Source: an uncultured Acidobacteriota bacterium (GTDB taxonomy: Bacteria > Actinomycetota > Acidimicrobiia > Spongiisociales > ZC4RG35). Taken from it: 64,000 bases of DNA. Below the pieces are notes generated by a model. That model saw only the letters and a list, made by a program, of their open reading frames with translations, had not been told where the DNA came from and did no database searches. The stretch is taken from contig CAWHEU010000022.1 of assembly GCA_963828465.1 (NCBI GenBank), positions 347,400-411,399 of the forward strand, written 5' to 3'. The position numbers and the translations under genes were made by a program. Shown here in pieces: positions 31,511 to 41,500 of the stretch. Numbering within the stretch: position 1 is the stretch's first letter; each line of letters starts with the position of its first letter.

Positions 31511-32476
31511 ATGATTGTCGACGCCGCTTGCTATCAGCTTGGACAGAGGGTCCCTGGCAACTTCGACTACGAGGAGGCAGGGAGGCTCATCACCGAGCCA
31601 GACACGTTTGCCTGGGTGGGACTGCATGAGCCGAGCCCGGAGGAGTTCGAGAAGGCGGTCAAGACCTTCCATCTTCACGAGTTGGCGGTCGACGACGCAT
31701 TGCGGGCACATCAGCGACCCAAGCTGGAGACTTTCGACGAAACCTTGTTCGTGGTGACGAAGCCGGCTCGATATGCCGACCCGGTGGAGATCATCGAATT
31801 CGGTGAGATCCTCATCTTCGTCGACCCCGACTTCGCCGTGGCGGTCCGCCACGGCGAGGCAAGCCGGCTCATCGAGGCACGGCACAAGCTCGAGGCCGAT
31901 CCGCAGCGACTCGCCTGTGGGGCTGGCTCGGTGCTTCACGCCATCCTCCATCAAGTGGTGCGGGACTACGCAGTGGTCCTCGACGAACTGGGAGCCGACA
32001 TTCGTGGCATCGAGGAGGACGTCTTCTCCTCGAATGGTGATTCCGAGCGCATCTACCGGCTGAAGCAGGAGGTGCTCAGTTTCCACGAGGCGGCAGAGCC
32101 CCTCGAGGAGCCGTTGTATCGGCTGGCCACCGAGGACTTCAAGGCGATCGACGCCACATTGCGGCCCTATTTCCGTGACGTGCTCGACCACCTCCTTCGG
32201 GTATTGGACCGGATCAACATCTACCGGGACACACTCACCTCGGTCCTCGCAGCCAATCTCACCCAGGTCAGCCTCCGCCAGAACGAGGACATGCGAAAGA
32301 TCTCCGCCTATGTGGCCATCGCCGCCATCCCGACGCTGCTCGCCGGGATCTGGGGGATGAACTTCGAGCACATGCCCGAGATCAGCGCGGTCTGGGGTTA
32401 TCCGGCGGCACTGCTGATCATGGGCGGGGTCTGCCTCTTTCTCTATACCCGTTTCAAAAAGAGCGGCTGGCTCTGA
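31511..32476 (+). CDS. corA: magnesium/cobalt transporter CorA
   Basis: GMN motif (YGMNFEHMPE), two C-terminal TM helices; ATG 31511 chosen over the overlapping longer ORF. Confidence 0.85.
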   Translation: MIVDAACYQLGQRVPGNFDYEEAGRLITEPDTFAWVGLHEPSPEEFEKAVKTFHLHELAVDDALRAHQRPKLETFDETLFVVTKPARYADPVEIIEFGEILIFVDPDFAVAVRHGEASRLIEARHKLEADPQRLACGAGSVLHAILHQVVRDYAVVLDELGADIRGIEEDVFSSNGDSERIYRLKQEVLSFHEAAEPLEEPLYRLATEDFKAIDATLRPYFRDVLDHLLRVLDRINIYRDTLTSVLAANLTQVSLRQNEDMRKISAYVAIAAIPTLLAGIWGMNFEHMPEISAVWGYPAALLIMGGVCLFLYTRFKKSGWL

Positions 32477-32480
32477 GAAT

Positions 32481-32502
32481 GCATGGGGGCGATTCCCCAT
32501 GC
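32481..32502 (+). terminator. hairpin after corA
   Basis: gcatggggg-cga-ttccccatgc; no clear U-tract. Confidence 0.3.
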
Positions 32503-32755
32503 TGATCCTTTGACGCTTCGACAGTTCGCTGCTCAAATTGTCGGTGAGCTCGTCGGCAGCCGAAAGCGGAGCCATGACAGGAACGCACAACATCGAGAAT
32601 CGCCCGTCCGGGCGCATGTGCATCTGTCCTCGCTCTCGGGTAGCCGTGACGAGCGACGTCATTCGCTCGTAGGGACGTCAGGCTCCCGAGAGTCATCGAG
32701 AAGATCCTCGAGGCGTCCTGTTGTTCGAGAAGCGACCAGATCAGGAGGAAGAAAG

Positions 32756-33316
32756 ATGACGACGACCGACACACCGGTCAACAATGGAGTGAACGTACAG
32801 GCACTCCTCGATGCCAGAACCGCCCTCGTCGACGCCCCGGAGGCCGCCCAGTTCACCTGGAAGGCATCCACGGAGTGGAAGGGTGGGACCCATAGTCACT
32901 CTGTGGTGGAAGAATTCTACGGCCTCGGCGGCGACCAGACCCATCGCACGACCTTCGGCTTCGATGCCGATCACCCCGAGGTGTTCGCATCCGAGGACAA
33001 CGGGGCCACCCCGGTTGAGTTCGTCCTCGTGGGGCTGGCCAGCTGTCTGACCGCTGGTGTCGCCGCGGTGGCCCAGAATCGCGGGATCCAGCTCAACTCG
33101 GTGAAGGCGACGATCGAGGGCGACATGGACATCCTCGGCATCCTCGGCGCAGACCCCGAGGTCCGCAACGGGTTCAACCACATCAAGGTGAAGTACGACA
33201 TCGATGCCGATGCCTCGCAGGAGGACATCGAGGCCTTGGTGGCGCAGTCACAGAAGCGATCCGCAGTGTTCGACGTGATCACCAACCCCACCAATGTGAC
33301 CGTCGAAGTCAACTGA
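32756..33316 (+). CDS. OsmC/Ohr family peroxiredoxin-like protein
   Basis: OsmC-like fold with Cys in LASCLTAG; AGGAGGAAGAAAG RBS before ATG 32756. Confidence 0.75.
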   Translation: MTTTDTPVNNGVNVQALLDARTALVDAPEAAQFTWKASTEWKGGTHSHSVVEEFYGLGGDQTHRTTFGFDADHPEVFASEDNGATPVEFVLVGLASCLTAGVAAVAQNRGIQLNSVKATIEGDMDILGILGADPEVRNGFNHIKVKYDIDADASQEDIEALVAQSQKRSAVFDVITNPTNVTVEVN

Positions 33317-34572
33317 GCAAAGAACCCACACGCACGACGACGGTCGTTATCGGCGCTGGTCACGCCGGGCTCGCCGTCAGCCATTTCCTCAGCCAGCGCT
33401 CGATCGACCATGTCGTCATCGAGCGCGGCGAGGTGGCCAACACCTGGCGCACTGAGCGCTGGGATTCTCTTCGTCTGCTCACGCCCAATTGGCAGAGCCG
33501 CCTGCCGGGGCTCGGGTATGACGGCGACGATCCGGACGGCTACATGACCATGCCCGAGGTGATCGGGTTCATCGACACCTATGCCAAGACCGTCGATGCC
33601 CCGATCAGGACCCACACCACCGTCAAGTCCTTGCGGCCCAATCACGATGGGTACGAAGTGGTGACCGACGACGGGTCTTGGTCGAGCCCGACCGTGGTGA
33701 TGGCGACCGGCGGGTTCAATCTGGCCAACATGCCGGCCATTGCCGACGCCGTGCCCGGGTCTCTCGCGACGGTCACGCCACTTCAATACCGGGCGCCTGA
33801 TCAGCTGCCTGACGGCGGCGTATTGGTGGTCGGTGCCTCGGCGACCGGCATCCAGATCGCCGAGGAGGTGCACGCCTCGGGCCGGCCGGTGACCCTGTCG
33901 GTGGGTGAGCATGTCCGATTGCCCCGGGTGTACCGGGGCAAGGACATCATGTGGTGGCTGGATAGGACCGGAGTGCTCGACGAGCGGTGGGATGAGGTCG
34001 ACGATCTGGTCCGTGCCCGCAACATCCCATCGCCGCAGCTGGTGGGCACGCCCGAGCGCAGGACCCTGGACCTCAACGCCTTGACCGACCAGGGTGTCCG
34101 GTTGGTCGGTCGTGTGGCCGGGATCGTCGATGGAAAGGCCCAGTTGTCGGGCTCGCTGCGCAACCTGTGCAATCTCGCCGATCTCAAGATGGACCGCCTG
34201 CTCGGCACCATCGACGAATGGGTTCATGAGAACGGGTTGGAGGGCGAGGTCGAGGCGTCACATCGATTTGCCCCGACCCGCGTCGAGGAATCACCGCCCC
34301 TGAGCCTCGACCTCGCCGATGGCGGGATCTCGACGATCATCTGGGCGACCGGTTTCCGACCCGACTATTCGTGGCTCCACGCCCGGGTCCTGGACCGTAA
34401 GGGTCGTTTGAGACATGAGGCAGGAGTTGTCACTGAGGCGCCGGGTCTCTATCGAATCGGGTTGAACATGTTGCGGAGGCGCAAGTCGAGCTTCATACAT
34501 GGAGCGGGAGACGATGCCCGTGACCTCACCGACCATCTTGCTGCCTACGTCGGGGTGGGCGCCGCGGTCTGA
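33304..34572 (+). CDS. flavin-containing monooxygenase-like NAD(P)/FAD oxidoreductase; start codon unresolved
   Basis: FAD Rossmann VVIGAGHAGL at 33334-33363 lies upstream of the first in-frame ATG (33433). No ATG/GTG/TTG between the frame's upstream stop (33016) and 33433. A second GxGxxG is present (VVGASATG). Confidence 0.6.
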   Translation, partial: RSQLSKEPTRTTTVVIGAGHAGLAVSHFLSQRSIDHVVIERGEVANTWRTERWDSLRLLTPNWQSRLPGLGYDGDDPDGYMTMPEVIGFIDTYAKTVDAPIRTHTTVKSLRPNHDGYEVVTDDGSWSSPTVVMATGGFNLANMPAIADAVPGSLATVTPLQYRAPDQLPDGGVLVVGASATGIQIAEEVHASGRPVTLSVGEHVRLPRVYRGKDIMWWLDRTGVLDERWDEVDDLVRARNIPSPQLVGTPERRTLDLNALTDQGVRLVGRVAGIVDGKAQLSGSLRNLCNLADLKMDRLLGTIDEWVHENGLEGEVEASHRFAPTRVEESPPLSLDLADGGISTIIWATGFRPDYSWLHARVLDRKGRLRHEAGVVTEAPGLYRIGLNMLRRRKSSFIHGAGDDARDLTDHLAAYVGVGAAV

Positions 34573-34621
34573 ACTTCGATCGGCTACCCGGCAGCCGGCA
34601 GGCTGATACCTTGCCATCGAT

Positions 34622-35881
34622 TTGATGAACCAGGCCTTCGCATCGAGCAAACTTGCAGACTCCCGTCTCGCAAAGCCGCGTGCGAGGATCGCAGCCGTCG
34701 CTGGGCTCTTGGTACTGGCCGCCCTGGGAGCGCTGATACTCGTCAATGGGTTTCCCGACGATCCCCGATACTGGCGGACGTTCCTGCTGGGTTTGCTTCT
34801 GGCTGTTCTGGCATCTGTGCCGGCCGTCGTTCTCCTGAGGTATCTGGACCGGCGAGACCCCGAACCTTGGTCTACGGCAAGTATCGCTTATCTGTGGGGA
34901 GCGGTGGTGGCGACGGGGTTCGGGATCGTGCTTCGTGCTCGTTTGGTGGAATCCCTGTTCCTCGCCTTCGATGAAGCCGCGGGCCTCTTCCGACCCACGG
35001 AATCGGGCGTGCGGATCCACGTAGATCTCTTCGAATGGCTGGATACGGCCGTCGCCGCGCCGATGATCGAGGAGACGCTCAAGGCACTTGCTCTTGTCTT
35101 GCTCGTCGTAGTCTTTCCTGGCTTGGTCAACGGAGTGCGCGATGGTCTCGTCTACGGCGCCCTGGTCGGGCTGGGATTCGCCGTCGTGGAGGCCGCCGTG
35201 TACATCGGCTACTGGTACGCCAATGCCGGGTCATTTGCCTTCATCGGCGAACTGGTGCCACGTTTCGTCTTCTTCGGTGTCAACGGGCATCTCATCTACA
35301 CAGCCTTGTTCGGAGCGGGGTTGGGCATCGCCGTCTTGTCCGAGCGGGGATGGGTGGCGAAGACACTCACGATCATTGGAGGGCTCTTGTTAGCCATCTC
35401 AGCGCACGCCATGTTTAATGCTTTCGGCCCCGTGTCGTTGTTGATCACGGTCTCCATCTTTGGGCTTGACCCCGGGGTTGTGGACATCGGCGAGCTGTGG
35501 TGGCTGAGCGCTCTGGCGGTCCTGATGACGTATGCCTGGGCGTACGTGGTCCTCATCTATCTGACGGTGCGCAGTGGTTACTCGGAGCTTGACGTCATCA
35601 AGGCTCAACTCCCGAGGGAGGCACCTCCCGTGGTAACCATCGAGGAGCTCGAGTTGATCCAGACTGAGGGCTTGTGGCGGCTAAGGCGCGTGCCCGATCT
35701 ACCACGGCGAACGTCGATCTACTTGGTCAGAGCCCAGAACCGGTTGGCGTTCCGACGCAGCCTCATGGACCGAAACAGCCAGCCGATTGATTCCGACGAA
35801 GCGCTCGGTCGTCTGCGTGAGCTCATCCCCACGATCAGAGAGCGCTTTACCGGGGATCCTCGCACCGTTACTCCGGATTGA
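34622..35881 (+). CDS. PrsW family intramembrane glutamic protease
   Basis: Multi-TM protein; conserved EExxK (IEETLKAL) and FxxxH (HAMFNAF) motifs. Confidence 0.7.
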   Translation: MMNQAFASSKLADSRLAKPRARIAAVAGLLVLAALGALILVNGFPDDPRYWRTFLLGLLLAVLASVPAVVLLRYLDRRDPEPWSTASIAYLWGAVVATGFGIVLRARLVESLFLAFDEAAGLFRPTESGVRIHVDLFEWLDTAVAAPMIEETLKALALVLLVVVFPGLVNGVRDGLVYGALVGLGFAVVEAAVYIGYWYANAGSFAFIGELVPRFVFFGVNGHLIYTALFGAGLGIAVLSERGWVAKTLTIIGGLLLAISAHAMFNAFGPVSLLITVSIFGLDPGVVDIGELWWLSALAVLMTYAWAYVVLIYLTVRSGYSELDVIKAQLPREAPPVVTIEELELIQTEGLWRLRRVPDLPRRTSIYLVRAQNRLAFRRSLMDRNSQPIDSDEALGRLRELIPTIRERFTGDPRTVTPD

Positions 35882-35968
35882 TCACGCCTGGCCGCCGCCG
35901 GAGTAGGGTCTTGCAGGGTGGTCAGGTATCCATGTTGGACCTGGATCATCTCAGAAGGATGGAGTGGG

Positions 35969-36869
35969 ATGAAACGGAGCGCTTCGGCATTGGTGCTGGT
36001 CATGCTCGCGGCTCCTAAGCGCATGTGACGCCACGACCTCTCTGGAGGCCACACCGGGGGCGGTGAGGGCCGGTGTGTGTCCTCGACCCCATGATCAGGT
36101 GACAGGACCATCGGCCGATCAGGCTTGGGGCAGCGTGACTCCGGTGGCCAAGGGCGTCGAGTACACCGTCAACGCCGGATTCACTGCCACCATCTGCGCC
36201 AAGGGCGGAGACGACTACACCATCGTGACCGGTGTCGTCGGCCCGGCATCTGGATATGTCGAGACACCGGAGAACGATGGCGGGAACATCCCCGATCTGT
36301 CGCATTGGTCGGTGACGGACGTCACCGGCAGTTCGTCGTCGTCTAGTTCGTCGTCGTCTAGTTCGTCGTCGTCTAGTTCTTCGTCGTCTAGTTCTTCGTC
36401 TAGTTCTTCGTCTAGTTCTTCGTCTAGTTCTTCGTCTAGTTCTTCGTCTAGTTCGTCCTCGTCGTCCACCTCAACACTTGGCGGTGGGCCCCCGATCACC
36501 GAGGGCGGAGGGGGAGATCCCACGACCACTGCTGGCGAAGGTGGGGCCACCACCACGGTGGAGGTCGGCGCAGGTGGTCTGACCACGACGCCAGATGGCG
36601 AGGGTGAGGGTGGGGCTACGACAACCGTTGATGTCGGGGCCGGTGGTCTGACCACGACGCCAGATGGCGAGGGTGGGGCCGAGGGCGGGGGCACCCTGGA
36701 TCCAAGCCAAGAGACCAGCACCACGGGGGACGAAGTCGCAGGTGGCTCCGACGAAACCCTTCCCCGTACCGGCACCGGGCAGGTGTCGCTCAGTGGTCTG
36801 GCCGGGCTGTCGTTGGCGGCCGGAGCCATTCTCTTGCTGCTGCTCCGACGACGATCTCGAGAGGACTGA
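35969..36869 (+). CDS. LPXTG (LPRTG) anchored surface protein with poly-Ser and Gly/Thr-rich repeats; signal peptide in a separate frame (+1 shift between 35973 and 36026)
   Basis: ATG 35969 with an AGAAGGATGGAG RBS encodes MKRSASALVLVMLAAP. Body ORF 36063-36869 has about 60 consecutive Ser, GGLTTTPDGEG repeats, and LPRTG + TM + RRRSRED. Confidence 0.7.
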
Positions 36870-36878
36870 TCCGGCTAG

Positions 36879-37434
36879 TCAGCCCGCTAGGAGCTCCAGA
36901 TAGAGCTTCAGGTCCTTTCGCCCGAAGCACACGAAGAGGACCTTGTCGACCGCGCCGGGCTGTGGCGTGACCCAATCACTGACGGCGGCAACGGCCGTGT
37001 GGGCCGCCAGCGGCTTGGGAAACAGGTAGACACCGGTGGAGATGCTCGGGAAGGCGACGCTTTTTGCGTCCACGTCTCTGGCCAGGTCGAGGCTGCTTCG
37101 ATAGCACGAGGCCAACAACTCGACCGCCTCGTCCTCGGTGACGGTGCCCCAGATCGGGCCCACGGTGTGCACCACATGGCGGGCCGGCAGGTCGCCTGCG
37201 GTGGTGATCACTGCCTGTCCGGTGGGCAGCTGACCCATGCTGGGCCACGATCTGCTTGCACTCGGCGAGGATGGTGGGCCCCCCGGCACGATGAATGGCG
37301 CCGTCGACCCCGCCGCCACCCATCAACGACGAGTTGGCCGCATTGACGATTACGTCGGCGTCGACAGTGGTGATATCGCCCTGGATGGCCTCGAGTCGGG
37401 TCACGAACCGACTGTGGAGAGGGATCCTCCTCAT
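36879..37434 (-). CDS. macro domain protein (MacroD/YmdB-like), +1 frameshift at a GGG run near 37235
   Basis: [22 protein letters not shown] (ORF 36976-37434) plus [26 protein letters not shown] (ORF 36879-37319). Confidence 0.8.
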
Positions 37435-37448
37435 TCAGGACGAGAAGC

Positions 37449-37985
37449 TCAGGCGACTGCGCTGGGTGTGTGGAGCCGGATCACTGAGCCGAGCAGGGCG
37501 GATTCCTCGGTGCGGGAGAATGCCCGACGGCGCACGGCCTCGGCTACGGCGTCCCGGCGCGGGTTGGGACCGCGTCCGAAAGCGTGCAAGGCGGCCTCGG
37601 TGCTCATGACTGCGGCCCGGAATGGATCGGGGAGCACCGCATTCAAGGCGACCAGCCATACCGACCTGGTGACTCTCGAGGCGGCCTCGAGACCGGTCAT
37701 GAGGGCTCGCTCGATCGAGGCCAGCTCGTTCTCTCGACCCGCCGCGACCAGAGTCAACGCCTGATGCAGGAGGCGCTGAATCAGTTCCCGGGCCGGCTCG
37801 GTGAGGTCGGGGAGGTGATAACGAAACACGATCGAAGCACAGTCGATGGCGTAGAGCCGGGCGTACGGCTCGTCCCAGTCTCCGAGGCGGTAGCGCTCGA
37901 CCTCGAGAAGTGCGGAAATGCTGTCGAGGCCGTCATACCGGCTCGACATCATCCCGCCCGCTTCCACGTGGTTTGGTGCCACCAT
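37449..37985 (-). CDS. hypothetical alpha-helical protein, upstream partner of the macro gene
   Basis: No recognisable motif. Start chosen at ATG 37985 (AAGGA RBS); the ORF-track start is 38090. Confidence 0.45.
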   Translation of the reverse strand: MVAPNHVEAGGMMSSRYDGLDSISALLEVERYRLGDWDEPYARLYAIDCASIVFRYHLPDLTEPARELIQRLLHQALTLVAAGRENELASIERALMTGLEAASRVTRSVWLVALNAVLPDPFRAAVMSTEAALHAFGRGPNPRRDAVAEAVRRRAFSRTEESALLGSVIRLHTPSAVA

Positions 37986-38308
37986 CACCGTTGTCCTTGC
38001 CCTTTCCTGGAAACCCATTTGCCTGTCCTGTGGATAATCCACAATTTCCGACGATTTGGGCATGGGCCGCATGGCCCATTCTTTCCACAACCATCTGAAC
38101 TAGTCCCCTGGACCCAGAGACATGCCGGGATTGCGGCGACCCTCGGCTAGATTGCCCCGCTTACCGCCGAACCTGGCATGTGCCGGGTGGGGGGAACCAA
38201 CCCCATCGGGGGCGAATCCCGGCATCGAGGGCCGGGTAGGGCGAACTTCCAGCCCGAGCCCGTCAGCTAACTCCCAAGGCGACAGAGGAAGAAAAAGAGG
38301 CACCGACT

Positions 38309-40423
38309 TTGGAGACGTTCAGCGCCGCCTCCCACGGTGAGGTCTTGCAACTCGTGATACAGATCGCGGTGTTGCTCGCCGCCGCCCGCTTCCTCGGTGG
38401 GTTGGCACAGAGGATGGGTCAGCCGGCGGTGGTCGGCGAGATCCTGGCCGGAGTGATCTTGGGCCCATCGATCCTGTCCGGACTGGTGCCGTGGATCGGG
38501 GAGTGGATCCTGCCCCAGACGGAGGCCCAGGGTTACATGCTCGAGGTCGTGGCCTTGATCGGGGTCATGCTGTTACTGGTCATAACTGGTTTCGAGACCG
38601 ACTTGGCGCTCATCCGGCGTCGCTTTGGAGTAGCTCTCGGAGTCGCGGTGGGCGGTCTCGTAGTCCCCTTCGTCACGGGTTTGGCCCTGGGATTTGCACT
38701 GCCAGAGAGCCTTCTCGTCGACCCATCGGATCGAACGGTTTTCGCCCTCTTCGTGGCCACCGCCCTTTCCATCTCGGCGATCCCGGTGCTGGCCAAGATC
38801 CTGATGGACCTCGACCTCATGCGGCGGGAGTTCGGTCAAACGGTCCTCGCCGCCGGAATGATCGATGACATCACAGGCTGGACGATGCTGGGGGTGGTCA
38901 CCGCCCTGGCCAGCGCCGAGGCCATCACCGCCGGTTCGGTAGTGCTGACCTTCGCCATGGTGGCCATATTCATCCTGATGACGATGACAGTCGGGCGATT
39001 TGTCGTCGAGAGAGGACTGGGCCTGATTCAGGACCGATTCCGGGGTCGGGACGCCATCCTGACTTTGGTGGTCGTGCTCGCATTTGCCTGGGGTGCCTTC
39101 AGCCAGGCGCTCCGGCTCGAGCCGGTGATTGGAGCGTTTGCCATCGGCATCCTTTTCGGTCGTCTGCCGCGACTTCCCACGGACGTCGTCCACAAGCTGG
39201 AGAGCATGGCCTTAGCCGTCTTTGCTCCGATCTTCTTCGCGGTGGCGGGCCTCAAGGTGGACATCCGCGCCATCCTCCAGCCCGACCTCATCTTTGTTGC
39301 CGCGCTGGTGATCCTGATCGCCACCTTCGGCAAGGTCGCCGGCGCTTACGTGGGGGCCAGATATCTCTCGGGCCAGGACCACTGGTCTGCACTGGCCTAT
39401 GGCGCCGGTCTCAACGCACGTGGGGCCGTCGAGATCATCATCGCCACCATCGGGCTCTCGCTGGGGATCCTGACGACCGAGATGTTCTCCATCATCGTGC
39501 TCATGGCTGTGGTGACGTCCATCGCGGCGCCCGCCGGACTTCGGTATTGCCTGGCGCGGGTCCAGCCTGGCGATGAGGAGGAGTTGAGATTGGCCCGTGA
39601 GGAGGTGCTGAAAGGCAGTTTCCTCGCCGGGTTGAAACGGGTCCTGGTGCCGGTCAGGCCTCGGATAGGTCAAGTGGGCACGCAGACGATCCAGGCGGTG
39701 CTGGTGGCCCGCCTCGGTGAGGCCAGCGACATCTCGACCACGCTTCTGGCCGTTGCCGGGGATCAGGACCGCGTTCTCGCCGGCGCCTATGTCAACTCGC
39801 TCCGCGCCGTCTTCAGGGATCGGGGGACCACGACACGGATCGTTTCCAGCCAGGATCCGGTGGAGGCGATCCTGCACGAGGCTGAAGCCGACTATGACCT
39901 GCTGGTCATCGGCACGCCCACGATGAGTGGCTCAGGCCAAGGAGTGTTCGGGCCGGTCATCGACGATCTCATCAAGCTCTCCCGCACCCCGACCCTGGTG
40001 GTGAGAGGAGAGAACGTCCCCGAAGACTGGGCTCCCAGCCGGATTCTGGTCCCGGCTAGTTCCAGCACGAGCTCCCGAAACGCTGCGGACCTCGCCTTCG
40101 CCATCGCCGGGGCGGACGCAGTGGTGACCGGGGTGCATGTGGTGACGCCGTCTCGGCTCTCGGGAATGCGGCCCAACGTCGCGCTCGACGTGACAGCCGA
40201 ATTCGAGATCCTCGCCACACGGATGGGCCAGCATGTCGAGACCGAGGTTCGCGAGGCGGATGACATCGAAACAGGGATCCTCGAAGCCTTGACTGAATTC
40301 GATGCCGACCTGCTGGTCCTGGGCACCAATGTCCGTGCCGGCACCACGCACCTGCACCTCGGCCCGCGTGTCGAGTATCTGACCCGGCTGGCGCCCTGCC
40401 CTGTCGTGATCTTGAACAGCTAG
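38309..40423 (+). CDS. cation:proton antiporter (CPA2-type) fused to tandem universal stress protein domains
   Basis: About 400-aa polytopic Na+/H+-exchanger-like N-terminus; two C-terminal USP-like alpha/beta domains (LLVIGTP..., LLVLGTN...). Confidence 0.75.
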   Translation: METFSAASHGEVLQLVIQIAVLLAAARFLGGLAQRMGQPAVVGEILAGVILGPSILSGLVPWIGEWILPQTEAQGYMLEVVALIGVMLLLVITGFETDLALIRRRFGVALGVAVGGLVVPFVTGLALGFALPESLLVDPSDRTVFALFVATALSISAIPVLAKILMDLDLMRREFGQTVLAAGMIDDITGWTMLGVVTALASAEAITAGSVVLTFAMVAIFILMTMTVGRFVVERGLGLIQDRFRGRDAILTLVVVLAFAWGAFSQALRLEPVIGAFAIGILFGRLPRLPTDVVHKLESMALAVFAPIFFAVAGLKVDIRAILQPDLIFVAALVILIATFGKVAGAYVGARYLSGQDHWSALAYGAGLNARGAVEIIIATIGLSLGILTTEMFSIIVLMAVVTSIAAPAGLRYCLARVQPGDEEELRLAREEVLKGSFLAGLKRVLVPVRPRIGQVGTQTIQAVLVARLGEASDISTTLLAVAGDQDRVLAGAYVNSLRAVFRDRGTTTRIVSSQDPVEAILHEAEADYDLLVIGTPTMSGSGQGVFGPVIDDLIKLSRTPTLVVRGENVPEDWAPSRILVPASSSTSSRNAADLAFAIAGADAVVTGVHVVTPSRLSGMRPNVALDVTAEFEILATRMGQHVETEVREADDIETGILEALTEFDADLLVLGTNVRAGTTHLHLGPRVEYLTRLAPCPVVILNS

Positions 40424-40498
40424 GCGCAGCCCGTCATCGACGGTGGTCCCCAGCCAATTGGGACGCGCACGACCGCATGTGACATCTCTCTGTCCCGA

Positions 40499-41500
40499 TT
40501 ACGCAGGGCTGATCGCGAGGTCCCCGGCGCGAAGCCAGCAGGCAGCCTGGTGATGGGGGCCCTGGGGGGAATCCATCAACATGGGATCCTCGACATCGCA
40601 GAGGGATTGTCGGGCGATGGGACAACGAGGGTGGAAATGACATCCGCGGGGTGGGTTGAGTGGCGAAGGGATCTCGCCTTGCAGGATCCTGCGGTTCCGA
40701 GGCCGGTCGGGGTCAGCGATCGGGATCGCGGAGAGAAGAGCCTCGGTATAGGGGTGGAGCGGGTTTCGATACAGGGTGTCCCGATCGGTCAACTCCACGA
40801 CACGGCCGAGGTACATGACCGCGACCCGATCCGAGATGTGCTCGACGACAGCGAGATTGTGGGCGACGAAGAGAAGGGTGAGGGCGAGCTCTTCCTGGAG
40901 CTCGGTGAGCAGATTGAGGACCTGGGCCTGCACCGAGACGTCCAGGGCAGAAACCGGCTCGTCCGCCACGACCAGGTCCGGTTTCAGGATGAGGGCGCGA
41001 GCGATGCCGATTCGCTGCCGTTGGCCACCGGAGAACTCGTGGGGGTAGCGGCTGGCATGGGACGCTCGGAGGCCGACGAGTTCCAGCATCTCTTTGACCC
41101 GCTCCTGCTGCTCATCCTTGGTTCCGATGCCATGGAGACGCAGGCCCTCGGCGATGGCCGGCCCGACCTGTGACCTGGGATCGAGCGAGCCATAAGGGTC
41201 CTGGAAGATGATCTGGACGCGTCGTCGGAAAGGCTTGAGGTCGTTGCCCGAGAGATGGGTGATGTCCTCACCGTCGAATTGGATCGTCCCGGACGTCGGC
41301 TCCATCAGCCGGGTCAGCATCCGGCCAAGGGTGGTCTTGCCACAGCCTGACTCGCCGACGAGGCCCAGAGTCTCCCCTTTGAAGATGTCGATAGAGACGC
41401 CGGCCACGGCCCGGACCGAGGCCACCTGACGTTGCAGGATGCCCCCACGGACGGGGAACTCCTTGACCAGGTCGCGGATCTCGACCAGCGTCTCAGTCAT
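40499..41500 (-). CDS. peptide ABC transporter ATP-binding protein (DppF/OppF-like)
   Basis: Walker A GESGCGKT, signature LSGGQRQR, C-terminal oligopeptide-ABC extension. Confidence 0.88.
   Translation of the reverse strand: MTETLVEIRDLVKEFPVRGGILQRQVASVRAVAGVSIDIFKGETLGLVGESGCGKTTLGRMLTRLMEPTSGTIQFDGEDITHLSGNDLKPFRRRVQIIFQDPYGSLDPRSQVGPAIAEGLRLHGIGTKDEQQERVKEMLELVGLRASHASRYPHEFSGGQRQRIGIARALILKPDLVVADEPVSALDVSVQAQVLNLLTELQEELALTLLFVAHNLAVVEHISDRVAVMYLGRVVELTDRDTLYRNPLHPYTEALLSAIPIADPDRPRNRRILQGEIPSPLNPPRGCHFHPRCPIARQSLCDVEDPMLMDSPQGPHHQAACWLRAGDLAISPA

Noticed and set aside
36879-38090. DarT-DarG toxin-antitoxin
   Set aside because: The upstream 179-aa protein lacks DarT ART motifs, and the macro protein is a plain MacroD-type domain without DarG's C-terminal region.
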